A stretch of DNA of 64,000 nucleotides from a virus. The notes beneath the pieces are model-generated. The model was not told where the DNA came from, made no database searches, and saw nothing but the letters and a program-made list of their open reading frames with translations. Location of the stretch: positions 32,001 through 96,000 of IMG/VR virus record IMGVR_UViG_3300020048_000023; one strand, given 5' to 3'. Each line of letters opens with the position of its first letter. The first letter of the stretch is position 1. Below are positions 16,801-26,350 of the stretch, piece after piece. The translations under genes were made by a program, and so were the position numbers.

Positions 16801-19800
16801 TTGGTTAGGGTACCTGTTAGCCATTTTTAATTTAACCTCGCCGTCGTCATCGCGGAATTGATCAAAATATTCGATCTGTTGCTTGGCTTCCGACAGCTTC
16901 CCGTCGATCAAGTTAAAAATTAGTTGCAACGCCACCTTTTGCGCTTCTGTTACCACTGGCTGTATTTCATAGGCGTGGCGCAGGGCTTTTAAATTATCAG
17001 CATTCAATATTTTGAGCGTGCTGTACTTGTCGTCGTAATGCAGTCTATTTTCGTTTCCGAAGGCATTAATAAATGATTCGATTTTATTAATCTTTTCGAA
17101 TATATAATTTCCATCCAAAAATTGGTTATGGTATTTACCCAATTCCCGCAATATGTCGCCAGCGTTTTCAAACCTATATCTCCACTGATTACCACCAGCT
17201 CCATTCCAAGATGTATGTATTATTTTTTCGGCGTGTCTGTCTTGAAATTCGTATACGTCTGGTATATTATTGCTATTTTCTTTGAGTATTTTAACCGCAA
17301 TCTCGCGTATTTTCTGCGGGGTTGACTTGTACTTATCGAAGTTTTGCTGTATGTAGCCCATAACGGCATCACGGGTGTTTTCAAGTTTATCACCGTAGAT
17401 AAGATTCAATAAATCGGTGTTTAGCTGACCGTGCTGACCACCAGTAATACCCATAGCGTCAATTTCGCCCCCTGTAACGGCTAAATCAGCCGCTTTGCGG
17501 GGGTATTTTTCTTCTGGATGCATTGATGCGTCTTTTAGCTTATCTTGCACCACAAAGCTTCCTACGGCTTTTGGATCGATTTTATTGACTGCGTTCATTA
17601 GCCATCTTTCCTCAGCTGGCGTATTGATCTCTTTTCGGGTCAATTCAAAGGCTGTAATAATCTTTGACAGGTTGCCCCAGTTGCCGAAACGTTGAACATA
17701 AAAACTTGACGGCGATTCCTTGGAATCCTTTGTAAGTAGGAAGATAAACTCAGCAAGCGTTTTAACCTTAGGGAACTGTTCGTATGTACCCCTAAAATCG
17801 TCGCCGAAAATAGCTCTATATAGCCCAGATGAAACCAACAATTCGGCTGATTGCTTAATGTCGGTTTTGTGAACTATTTTATCAAATTCAATAACGAAAC
17901 GCTCGTCTTTGATATGTTTAATGTCTTCAGCATTTTGCCTGATCATATTCCACGTATTCGGCTCAATGGTAAACCCGAACCGTGCGGCGAACTGTACGGC
18001 ACGCAGCATCCTGAGCGGGTCTTCCGCAAAGGCTTTTGGGCTGACCATTCGTATGATCTTGTTTTTAAGGTCTTCCCGACCGTTAAACGGGTCGTATATC
18101 TGACCGTGTATATCCTTGGCAATAGCGTTGATCGTGAAGTCGCGGCGTTCCAAGTCTTGATTAAGTGTTATACTCGGGTTGGCTGTAACTTCAAATCCGC
18201 CGTACCCCTGACCTACCTTCTTTTCGGTGCGGGCTAATGCTACGTCAATATCTTCTTTATCGCCGAACGGTTTGAACTTGATTACGGCAAAGCTACCGCC
18301 GACAAATCCAGTATCATTCTTTTCGTTCTTGGCTATATTACCAAATTTCGATAATATGTTAATGACAACCTGCGCATCCAAGCCAGCTACCATAATATCC
18401 AAGTCCTTGGAAACTGTGTTTAGGAAGGTATCGCGCACGGCTCCGCCAACCTGATATACCCTACCGCCAGCTTTTTCTATTTCGGTTACGAAAGGTAATT
18501 TTGCTATGTCGGTATGTTCTATCTCTCTAAGGTTTTCATCGCCAGCCCTGTCAGTCCAGCTGTCGTATGTTGCCTGAGCGCTCCCCACGTTGTATGGGAA
18601 GGTACTTACAATTTCTTTAAGTGCTAATTTTTTCACGATATCTTCTGTTACTGAATTTCCGTTGGCAAAGATAAACCATTTTGGTTTATCATACGGAAAT
18701 CTAAAATGATAACTTCCACGGTTTGGTATATCAATGAAAAATTGCGGTGCTGGGTATTTCGCCATAAATGGGTAGTATATTCTAAGTAGAATATTTTTGA
18801 TTCGTTCCTTGTCATTACCTTCAAGACTTAGGTGAGGCCCGCCGCTCAAAAATGCATAACTAAGCCTTATATATCCGTCATTAAATGCGCGTTTATATAG
18901 TTCAGCCAGATACCCATTTGTATCTTTTTCCATTCTTTTTACGTCTATTTTGTAAAGTGGGTCAAACAGGTCAAAGTGCGACCCCACTTTTATAAACTTA
19001 TTATCTGGGGTAATCCAGCAGAAATGCCGTGTTGTTAAATCAGGACTATATTTGTACTCTAATTCTTCTTTAAGTATATTTTCATTTACTTGTTGAACCT
19101 TATTTAAAAAATTATCGAGTGCTTCGACGTATTTGCTCGATAATTGATCACGAAATTTATTTAACAGTGCGCTCACATATATTTTTTGGTGTTCTGGCGT
19201 TAAGTTATGTAAACCGTCAACGGATAAAAATAACCTTAATTTAGGGAACTTTAACATATTCATATAATATGTAAATTTTTCTGGCTCTGTTAATGTGCTG
19301 AATAAAATGCGTGGCACGTTTGTAGAATTATTTAAAAAATATGGCTTTAATGACTGCTGTAATGATGGTGATAAACTATCGTATAGTAAATCTATTAATC
19401 TTTGACTATCAATCCTAAATTTGTTATCCAGTTCTATGATAATAGATGGTTTTTCTTTATCCGAAAACATACTAAATATTTGTAGATAGAAATTATTTTG
19501 TTCAGATAAAGCGCCTCTATCAAAAAATTGTTCATTCTGTTTATCAAAAAAGTCCATAATCTTATATAAGACATTTTTTCTATTTTCAAACGGCACAGCA
19601 TTCCACCTACGCGCTAATAACCTTTGTTCTTGGTCATAAGTATTAGAACGGGTGTCCTGATTTATTATTAATTTTTCTAATATTTTTTCTTTATCTTGGT
19701 CGTTCAGCAAACTAAATAATTTATCATTTTCTAAATGTTTGCGCTCAAACCCCATAAAAAATATTATTTCGTTAGAACTCAGAAATTCCAGTTCATTTGG

Positions 19801-21366
19801 GTTTATTCTAACACCCCAAGCTTCGTGGTTCATTATCTGGTCGGCTTTGATACGAGCCATATGTGCAAAGTATTTTATAAGCTTATCATTGCCGCGTATA
19901 GTATTAAATTTAGCATCAGATAACCCGAGCCCGAGTCCTATATACTTATTTTTTAGATCGTCTGGCAAAACACTAAACTTATAATCAGATATACCGTTAT
20001 TTTGGGTATTTGGGTATATTTCTAAAAATGCTTTTTTTTCTTCGTATGATAATGCGGCGAATTCTGAATCAGGTATATCTTTTTTAAACCGTTCATAATT
20101 ATTCTTTTCGGTGTCAGTTAATGGAACGGCTTTGAATAATTCCTGTAACCCATTAAGTTTAGGTTCAAGCTTAACTATATCATCCCATTTCATTTCTTTA
20201 TCACCGTCGTTATTGGCTGAGGTAACAACGTATCCATTGTATTGAGCCTGTACAACGAATATATGGTATTTATCTTGAAAGGTTCCACCTTTCCATTTTG
20301 CCAACTCAGCATTTGTTCTCTCAATGTTTTTAACAAAGTAGAACGCAGGCTCGTTTCCAGCGTACCTGTAGCTATTGTACATATTAGACGCGTCATTTCT
20401 GGCTATACACCAACCATACGGTATTTTACCCTTATATTGGATGCAAGCTTTCGCACTATCCGCGTAGAAAACTTCGATGCCATTTTGGTTATATATTAAT
20501 TTACCTGAAATTTCGGCGTTTTCTTCTGGATCGGTATCTATGTTAGTAGCAGTAGACCTTTGACCCCTAACATAATCTACTACCTGTTCTAACTCCCTAA
20601 AATCCTTATAAGCGTCTATGTTATTACGTTGGTTAACTGGTACAGATATATGAACATTCTGTGAGTATAATTCTCTCAGGTTTTTATTTTTTATTTCTTT
20701 AAAATAAGTCACATACTGATTTACAATATTTTGATCGAAACCCTGTTTTATGTAGTTAGCTTGTTGACTTTTAAAATCTTCTTCCAGCAACTTCTTTGTT
20801 AATGATTTAACAATAGACTCACTCATAGACCCACTATATTTTACGTGACCTGTTGACGGGTATAGGGCTGATGTTGTGTAGTCGCCACCGTCCAGCTGGT
20901 CATTCCATCGGTCGCCCATAGGAATAACGGTATCCGAGGTTAAATCAATCTCGCCAAGCACTTCACCAGCATCGCCGTTGCCCATAATGGTTCCGTGCAT
21001 AGTGAAACTCTTTATTTTCTTCCAGTTAGTGATTAAATTTGAGTTCTTTGGCGAGCCGCCTTGTGGGGTTGCCAATGTGACGTGAGCCAGTTTACCTTCA
21101 AGCGGGTATCCTTCTACCTTAACGGCAATAGCTTGGTTTGATAAACCGATATGTGTTGCTACTAAAGCTACTTGCTTGCGTGATCGTGCCAGTTCCCCAT
21201 ATGGTTCAGGAAAATCTTCGGAGTACATCGGGTCGTAGGAAAATTTGATGGTCATATGATCACCATACCAAACCCAATCCTTTGGTACAAAGCTCCTTAG
21301 CTTACCGAGAGCACCTTTGGAATTTTGGTCTAAAAATATGGCAATGTAGTTGGATAGGAAGCTCAT
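13801..21366 (-). CDS. 2521-aa multidomain protein: 2H phosphoesterase, CCA-adding/poly(A) polymerase, ART-like and HAD RNA-repair phosphatase domains plus unknown domains
   Basis: HMTI..HVTL (N-terminus); VGGAVRD..DLDI..DLERRDFTINA..EDPLRMLRAVQFAARF; VYHGF..GLFVS..IIEF; LVLFDMDSTL..MTNR..K..FYDD (C-terminus). Confidence 0.9.
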   Translation of the reverse strand: MSFLSNYIAIFLDQNSKGALGKLRSFVPKDWVWYGDHMTIKFSYDPMYSEDFPEPYGELARSRKQVALVATHIGLSNQAIAVKVEGYPLEGKLAHVTLATPQGGSPKNSNLITNWKKIKSFTMHGTIMGNGDAGEVLGEIDLTSDTVIPMGDRWNDQLDGGDYTTSALYPSTGHVKYSGSMSESIVKSLTKKLLEEDFKSQQANYIKQGFDQNIVNQYVTYFKEIKNKNLRELYSQNVHISVPVNQRNNIDAYKDFRELEQVVDYVRGQRSTATNIDTDPEENAEISGKLIYNQNGIEVFYADSAKACIQYKGKIPYGWCIARNDASNMYNSYRYAGNEPAFYFVKNIERTNAELAKWKGGTFQDKYHIFVVQAQYNGYVVTSANNDGDKEMKWDDIVKLEPKLNGLQELFKAVPLTDTEKNNYERFKKDIPDSEFAALSYEEKKAFLEIYPNTQNNGISDYKFSVLPDDLKNKYIGLGLGLSDAKFNTIRGNDKLIKYFAHMARIKADQIMNHEAWGVRINPNELEFLSSNEIIFFMGFERKHLENDKLFSLLNDQDKEKILEKLIINQDTRSNTYDQEQRLLARRWNAVPFENRKNVLYKIMDFFDKQNEQFFDRGALSEQNNFYLQIFSMFSDKEKPSIIIELDNKFRIDSQRLIDLLYDSLSPSLQQSLKPYFLNNSTNVPRILFSTLTEPEKFTYYMNMLKFPKLRLFLSVDGLHNLTPEHQKIYVSALLNKFRDQLSSKYVEALDNFLNKVQQVNENILKEELEYKYSPDLTTRHFCWITPDNKFIKVGSHFDLFDPLYKIDVKRMEKDTNGYLAELYKRAFNDGYIRLSYAFLSGGPHLSLEGNDKERIKNILLRIYYPFMAKYPAPQFFIDIPNRGSYHFRFPYDKPKWFIFANGNSVTEDIVKKLALKEIVSTFPYNVGSAQATYDSWTDRAGDENLREIEHTDIAKLPFVTEIEKAGGRVYQVGGAVRDTFLNTVSKDLDIMVAGLDAQVVINILSKFGNIAKNEKNDTGFVGGSFAVIKFKPFGDKEDIDVALARTEKKVGQGYGGFEVTANPSITLNQDLERRDFTINAIAKDIHGQIYDPFNGREDLKNKIIRMVSPKAFAEDPLRMLRAVQFAARFGFTIEPNTWNMIRQNAEDIKHIKDERFVIEFDKIVHKTDIKQSAELLVSSGLYRAIFGDDFRGTYEQFPKVKTLAEFIFLLTKDSKESPSSFYVQRFGNWGNLSKIITAFELTRKEINTPAEERWLMNAVNKIDPKAVGSFVVQDKLKDASMHPEEKYPRKAADLAVTGGEIDAMGITGGQHGQLNTDLLNLIYGDKLENTRDAVMGYIQQNFDKYKSTPQKIREIAVKILKENSNNIPDVYEFQDRHAEKIIHTSWNGAGGNQWRYRFENAGDILRELGKYHNQFLDGNYIFEKINKIESFINAFGNENRLHYDDKYSTLKILNADNLKALRHAYEIQPVVTEAQKVALQLIFNLIDGKLSEAKQQIEYFDQFRDDDGEVKLKMANRYPNQITNTPQKIQELTAKILREDFLGVVNYINNGDDIETIEAFKNPKSIRNLIQNIRGFIDAKTGDLYVINGTGYFHNEIIQWVNNKLNMRFPTDYGLIYKSPDVLIPVQRAGNTDAFKLGELYPNNFDTDINGRREMLAKIKNGLTLARQKNPSIEFIHQRIPDPVYKNRESLNEAEGNLDGNFEALVQQVKQRVPSLAKYNEFPEENYDHFQLSKRIGKADVYWHNQQVTLTNVAIMSEFKMSYRNFNEKKWYNFTLKNQIFFDIPDTFGSDMERFVMQTAFNMLNDKYSYHKELMVPETSTYQQADIDAIINEINRKTFEFEDHVNNFTRTEIFEQKLHEAPQQQFKDYDILKVEKAILAEYGETNVTQCGYISPSGYCINIRGAGGNDHRNIMGTIENLPIDWGLYNGKAYENSFSKWLYIALDMGFIRVIPESGNIEMRSMPTQDQFTQLRRFFQQKRGESLIDVYGDEQTYLRFEEDTPTDMIIEAIKRFFLYGEKPEQYDDSEYWNESKKNYTKNIVENITKTILEVRHENYKNYDVKSMEPINDDETLIVYHGFSRHSTTDAKLAITFGLSGQENVSRIYSYENVNNPKGLFVSIDFNIVKKEFAGSGIIIEFATKVSNLEAPVWAGGGSYFVQGDYTSGFSNDEEREAQRIQNRGRYQASPYPAISQSQRPELGQTLFQNAEKQALFIGNLNPNMIRAVWVNEALLLNDRWGGQWVRMSRKDFLQKYTKDLVRKGDKYYDKINKLFQPNDDLNMDRLKSELEKRQWSVDQFIEYIVKNNDEYALQQYFYPKQIAQIKQMFKLQAEEKKTKFTKQQLQEAIMEAQRSQLKRLVLFDMDSTLINSPMPEFGREEYKQKTGGDFPSEKAWWSVPESLDTNVFEITAIAPVFNQMRDEQRRSDTMVVVMTNRLDTLERQVKRVLRLNRINPDALNMASYAMQNKGERILQILKENPSIRYVAFYDDQEKNITDVRNALRKKGITYDLYNCQDGKIRRT

Positions 21367-21447
21367 AAACGATTTTTTTATAAATAGTTTGCAAAGGTCG
21401 AAAAAGAGTTGTACATTTGCAAACGGATTTCTTAATATTTATTGTAA

Positions 21448-21753
21448 ATGGTTCAAGATAAATACATACAGGACTTTACAAACTGGTGCCTTCGGGAACA
21501 CATCAGGGTTACGCCGAATAATGAGATATTCTTTATTAACGAGCGTAAGACGTTGAAACCGATGTTTAAGCTCGGTAATAATGTGTTTGTGCATATAGTA
21601 GACAACGATATTCCGCCCGAAGACGAGTCAATGTATCAGGCATTTGCTCACTCATTCCAGAGTATTATTGTAATACCCAAGGATGATATAGACGATATGA
21701 TCAAGCACATAAGCCGCAAAGATATTACTACTCACTTTAAGATCAGCTTATGA
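21448..21753 (+). CDS. Hypothetical protein
   Basis: ORF after the promoter at 21388-21419. Confidence 0.6.
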   Translation: MVQDKYIQDFTNWCLREHIRVTPNNEIFFINERKTLKPMFKLGNNVFVHIVDNDIPPEDESMYQAFAHSFQSIIVIPKDDIDDMIKHISRKDITTHFKISL

Positions 21754-22154
21754 TAATGACCGATTTTATTCATAGGTACATCAAAGACCATAATGTAAAG
21801 GATTTTGAAAAGGACGTAACGGCTCAAAAGGGTGTAACAACCACATTTGCGCTTTCTTATTATGATACCTATGTTTTATTAGCTGCAACACAAAAAAATA
21901 TTAAGTACCTAAATGAAGATATTATTAAAGAAGTGAAGGTACACAAAAATAAGCTTTATTTCGTGATTTCATATAACAAACATTCAGACGTATTTGAATT
22001 GGAAAAAATCATATATGACGCCCCGATAGGTAAATGCATCAGGGTAATTACAGCTATAAGGCGGGCGTTAGTTGGTCAGGGTATCGGTACCATTATTGAA
22101 GACGCGAGAAAAGGAAAGACGCAGTACACCAAAATCTTTTTAACGAAATTTTAA
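21750..22154 (+). CDS. Hypothetical protein
   Basis: ATGA overlap with the upstream gene. Confidence 0.6.
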   Translation: MIMTDFIHRYIKDHNVKDFEKDVTAQKGVTTTFALSYYDTYVLLAATQKNIKYLNEDIIKEVKVHKNKLYFVISYNKHSDVFELEKIIYDAPIGKCIRVITAIRRALVGQGIGTIIEDARKGKTQYTKIFLTKF

Positions 22155-22207
22155 TAATTGTTTGGTTTTTTCGAAAACATTGCATATATTTGCAGAAAAA
22201 TTATACG

Positions 22208-23281
22208 ATGAAATACCAAGACCTCGACCCTAAAAACATTCTCTTCCTGTCAAAATCAGGGAGCCACGCCTATGGGCTGAATACGCCGACTTCAGATGTC
22301 GATCTACGCGGTATTTTCATTGCACCTAAAAACGTGTTCTATGGGCTCAATTTGCCAGATCAGGCTTCCGACGACACCAACGACACCACTCTGTATGAAC
22401 TAAGGCGTTTTATCGACCTATTGTCCAAGCAGAACCCTAATATCGTGGAGTTGCTGGGTGTGCCAGAAGATTGTATCCAGTTTAAGCACCCGTTGTTCGA
22501 CAAAATCTTGGCTCATAAAGACAAGTTTATTACGCGTAACATTCGTAATACATTTGGTGGATATGCTATTGCCCAGATCGGGAAGTCCCGCGGATTGAAC
22601 AAAAAGATTGTTAAGCCGATGGATTTAGCTAAAAAGACCCCTATGGACTTCTGCTACGTTCCAAACCAGAAAGGTGAAACCTACAGCCTTACCGAATGGC
22701 TTGACCGCCGCAACCTGAAAGCCAAATATTGTGGCTTGGCGGCACTCTCACATATTAAGGATGGTTACGGCTTGTTCTATGACTGGTGTTCGCTCGATAG
22801 CGGTACTTCGGTTCTACGCGGTGTCTGCTTCGACGATTCAAACGAAGTTCATTTGAGCTCAATCCCGAAGGATTTTGTGATGATGACTACGATGTTCTAC
22901 AATAAGGACGCGTATTCAACGTATTGCCGAGAGTACAAGGAGTACTGGGAATGGGTTGAAAAGCGTAACCCGCACCGATATGACAAGAATATGGAAGTCG
23001 GCAAAGGGTACGACACCAAAAATATGATGCACTGTATCCGACTTCTCAGAATGGCGGAAGAAATGCTTCGTACTGGTGAGCTTAATGTAAGGCGCCCAGA
23101 CAGGGAATACCTGCTCGATATCCGTAATGGAAAATTCGAACACGCCGAACTATTGGAATACGCCGAAAACAAGATCAAATTGCTGGACGAACTCGTACCA
23201 GTATCACCACTTCCTACAGACGTGGATATCGATTTGCTTAATAATCTATTAATTGAAATACGCGATGAATTCTACGCCTGA
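22208..23281 (+). CDS. Pol-beta-superfamily nucleotidyltransferase (YcgL-like)
   Basis: SGSHAYGLNTPTSDVDLRGIF; NPNIVELL; YDTKNMMHCIRLL. Confidence 0.9.
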   Translation: MKYQDLDPKNILFLSKSGSHAYGLNTPTSDVDLRGIFIAPKNVFYGLNLPDQASDDTNDTTLYELRRFIDLLSKQNPNIVELLGVPEDCIQFKHPLFDKILAHKDKFITRNIRNTFGGYAIAQIGKSRGLNKKIVKPMDLAKKTPMDFCYVPNQKGETYSLTEWLDRRNLKAKYCGLAALSHIKDGYGLFYDWCSLDSGTSVLRGVCFDDSNEVHLSSIPKDFVMMTTMFYNKDAYSTYCREYKEYWEWVEKRNPHRYDKNMEVGKGYDTKNMMHCIRLLRMAEEMLRTGELNVRRPDREYLLDIRNGKFEHAELLEYAENKIKLLDELVPVSPLPTDVDIDLLNNLLIEIRDEFYA

Positions 23282-23753
23282 TTTACCCGAAGATGCTATT
23301 GATCACTACCTGTATGACGCCACTAAATTACTTCTGGACGACGATAAAAAACGGACTCCCGAAGTAATTTATGGTTATACAAAAAATACCATATATACCT
23401 ACCCTAACTGGGACATAGTGAGAAACTACGACCAGTTTGTTGAGTATATAAAAAATAACCCTATGCCTAAGCTGATAAGTTTCGATCATGACCTTGCAGA
23501 TATTCACTACAAAACATTCTTAACGCCACCGACAGAGGCTGAAAAGCAAGCCGCTTGGACTGCATACCACGAACGTACTGACGAACGTGAAATGACAGGC
23601 TACGACTGCCTGAAGTGGTTGACTGAATATTGCCACGATAATACGATCATATTCCCGCAAATTCTGATTCACACGATGAACGTCGTAGGGTACAATAATA
23701 TGGTGTTCTATTACCGTGCCGCGTTGCGCAATAAGTTTATAAGAATTAACTAA
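23265..23753 (+). CDS. Cyclic-phosphate-processing receiver-like domain protein
   Basis: LLLDD.KRTP..WDIVRNY..ISFDHDL..TGYDC..IHTMN.VG. Confidence 0.75.
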   Translation: MNSTPDLPEDAIDHYLYDATKLLLDDDKKRTPEVIYGYTKNTIYTYPNWDIVRNYDQFVEYIKNNPMPKLISFDHDLADIHYKTFLTPPTEAEKQAAWTAYHERTDEREMTGYDCLKWLTEYCHDNTIIFPQILIHTMNVVGYNNMVFYYRAALRNKFIRIN

Positions 23754-23916
23754 GTATGAACCCAGTTAAAGTTGAAGAAATTGAAACACTTATAAAACAA
23801 AAGCTTAATATAACTGATCCAATAGAAGAACCAATACAGCTACATATAGCTGAATTACTCGAAGAGCCTATGGACGACCCGCAAATGCCGCTCAAACGCT
23901 ATTCACTCACTGATTA

Positions 23917-24645
23917 ATGGCTGATATATTCCTAGCATCTACTCCGCCTTTTGACGCTGAGATCAATGCCGATCCTCAGCGCCAAAAGGATTATATCAAC
24001 CTTAAATCAATGTTGAGAAATTGGGACGTGGAGTTAACCGAAATGGACGCCTATTTCAGACATGCCGATACTGAGGAAGAAGCCGAAGAGTTTGAATACG
24101 CCAGCCATCGCATACCAGTAAAGAAGTCTATAGCAATAAACAACTATGCTAATATATATGCCAAATTTAAGCTATTTGACGACGTACAGGTTATTGAAAA
24201 CAATAGGGTTTTATATCTGGGTCAGATACGCAGGGTTGTGGTAGCTTTATCTTTCAAAGATATTGAGAAAGCCAGAAACATACAGCCTAGGGATATTCAA
24301 TTTGTTCACCAAACTGACACCATTTATCATATTGAGAATGAATTTATTTATATCATTTACAGCCACAGCAACACTATTAGCAAGAGCGGCTACAATAAAA
24401 GGTCACCACGCATAATAATGAAAGTTCCGCGTGTTATGCACCGTTTTTGCCCCGTATGTATAACATACGATAAACCTTTAATAGACACCGTTATAGGTAA
24501 AGCTGACAAGGTTATATGTCCTGACTGCAATCAACTGCTCAGGGATATGTTCGGCGACGACTACGTGACTAATACAATGAAATTCGATACCATTTCAGAC
24601 CTACCAGAATACGACCGTATCTGGAAAATTTCAAGCAACCTGTAA
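23917..24645 (+). CDS. Hypothetical protein (C-terminal CxxC pairs)
   Basis: 242-aa ORF; CPVC..CPDC. Confidence 0.6.
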   Translation: MADIFLASTPPFDAEINADPQRQKDYINLKSMLRNWDVELTEMDAYFRHADTEEEAEEFEYASHRIPVKKSIAINNYANIYAKFKLFDDVQVIENNRVLYLGQIRRVVVALSFKDIEKARNIQPRDIQFVHQTDTIYHIENEFIYIIYSHSNTISKSGYNKRSPRIIMKVPRVMHRFCPVCITYDKPLIDTVIGKADKVICPDCNQLLRDMFGDDYVTNTMKFDTISDLPEYDRIWKISSNL

Positions 24646-24648
24646 TGA

Positions 24649-25380
24649 TTATTCGTATTGATACCCAGCGAATTTTTTATTTAAACTCAGAACCCGCCAC
24701 CTAATAGTAACCATAGGTATGTTTAATATTGTGGAAGCATAACTGGCTGATCGGTATTTTACACCGTCAATTATTATTGGTTTATTTTGTTCACCAAAGT
24801 ACTTTCCGATGCGTTGAGCGGCTATTTTATCTTTAGCCTCTTTTGTATGTGTTTTTTCGTAGAAGGGGTTTTTTTCCTTATTACGATCTCTACATTCACG
24901 GCAGGTCTTATTTATTGGTGCTATTTCTTTACCACATTTACAATATTTAACTGAGCTTCCGTTTCTCCAATTTGGGTTTAATTCTTGAGGACGCGAAAAT
25001 TTAAACTTTTTTTCTTCAGCGGTCATAGAGTCAAATGTTAATTTAACCGTAGTTCGAATACGTTCAATTATATCAATTTTATCTGGATTTTTACTTAAAT
25101 TATCCCCGCCGCTGGCTTTCAACCCTATATTATATGCTGGGTTCTTATCTAAATAATGCTGTTCAGTTTGCAGTAATAAGTCGAACGTGCATTCTTCAAC
25201 CAATTCAAATGTGAAGTTTTCGTTACCATATTTATCCCAAGCCCGTTGTAGGTGGGAGTTATGGTGTTTATTATTTTGCAATTCATTGCGGTGTCGAATT
25301 AATCTTTTATCAACATCTTTAGACGAGCCGTAATATGCGTCGCCGTTAGCTGTATTAACTATTCTATATACGCCTATCAT
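24649..25380 (-). CDS. GIY-YIG homing endonuclease with a NUMOD3-type DNA-binding region
   Basis: GVYRIVN..YYGSS..R..H..HHNSHLQRAWDKYG; NPFYEKTHTKEAK; start re-called. Confidence 0.9.
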   Translation of the reverse strand: MIGVYRIVNTANGDAYYGSSKDVDKRLIRHRNELQNNKHHNSHLQRAWDKYGNENFTFELVEECTFDLLLQTEQHYLDKNPAYNIGLKASGGDNLSKNPDKIDIIERIRTTVKLTFDSMTAEEKKFKFSRPQELNPNWRNGSSVKYCKCGKEIAPINKTCRECRDRNKEKNPFYEKTHTKEAKDKIAAQRIGKYFGEQNKPIIIDGVKYRSASYASTILNIPMVTIRWRVLSLNKKFAGYQYE

Positions 25381-25492
25381 AGGTCTACCTTTTAATATAA
25401 ATATCAACACAAATAGAAAAAATTCAATATCGCATTTGTTTTTCTAATAATTATTGCATATATTTAAGCCATAAATTATTAAACACACAAAA

Positions 25493-26173
25493 ATGAAGCT
25501 TATTAAACCGTCTTATGAAATCATCAGTAAAATAGATACTGATTACCTACTTCAGCTGATTGAAGAAGCTGGGAGAACTTGTTACAAAAGTGAAGATAAA
25601 ATAACACCTACTTCAGCCAAGGATTTTATTAAAATGATACTTGGAAGACACCACGAATCTGTTATTGAACACGGCGGTATGACCGTAAGATTTATAGTAG
25701 ATCGTGGGGTGTCGCACGAATTAGTCCGCCATAGATTAGCATCATTTTCGCAAGAAAGTACACGTTATTGCAATTATTCAAAGGATAAATTTGACAATCA
25801 GATCACATTTATACTACCTAATTGGATAAATGAAGATGATTTGGGTAAAGCCATAAATTGGAAAGACGGCGACCCGTCATATACGCCAGCAATAGAAGCC
25901 GCTGACATATGGCATTCACATATGTCAATTCTGGAAGGTGCGTATAATGACCTTATAAAATTAGGGTGGCAGCCACAACAAGCACGATCGGTGCTTCCAA
26001 ACTCACTTAAAACTGAAATAGTAGTGACGGCTAATTTCAGGGAGTGGCGCACAATATTCAAACAAAGATGTTCGTCTGCGGCACACCCGCAAATGCGCGA
26101 AGTAATGATACCTTTATTATCAGAGGTAAAAGAACTGGTGCCAGTAATATTTGACGATATTACTACGGACTAA
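25493..26173 (+). CDS. thyX: FAD-dependent thymidylate synthase
   Basis: HESVIEH; RGVSHELVRHRLASFSQESTRY; ARSVLP. Confidence 0.96.
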   Translation: MKLIKPSYEIISKIDTDYLLQLIEEAGRTCYKSEDKITPTSAKDFIKMILGRHHESVIEHGGMTVRFIVDRGVSHELVRHRLASFSQESTRYCNYSKDKFDNQITFILPNWINEDDLGKAINWKDGDPSYTPAIEAADIWHSHMSILEGAYNDLIKLGWQPQQARSVLPNSLKTEIVVTANFREWRTIFKQRCSSAAHPQMREVMIPLLSEVKELVPVIFDDITTD

Positions 26174-26196
26174 TAAGTATCTAATACCTACTATTT

Positions 26197-26349
26197 ATGA
26201 AATGCCCACACTGCAACTCGGAGTTAACTTATAAGTTAACCCAGTACAAGAACGAGAAAAATAAACTTGTTAAAATTTACCGTTGCGTGAATTGCCAAGG
26301 AAACATTGTTGTTCCGCCAAAAGAACCAATAAAAACTAAAACAAACTAA
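26197..26349 (+). CDS. Small Zn-ribbon protein (50 aa)
   Basis: MKCPHCNS..YRCVNC read directly. Confidence 0.6.
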   Translation: MKCPHCNSELTYKLTQYKNEKNKLVKIYRCVNCQGNIVVPPKEPIKTKTN

Positions 26350-26350
26350 T

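Noticed and set aside
13801-21366. Giant ORF as a class 2 CRISPR effector, RNA polymerase or tape measure protein
   Set aside because: No RuvC, HNH or paired HEPN pattern and no DxDGD motif were seen; the recognisable motifs are 2H, CCA-adding and HAD.
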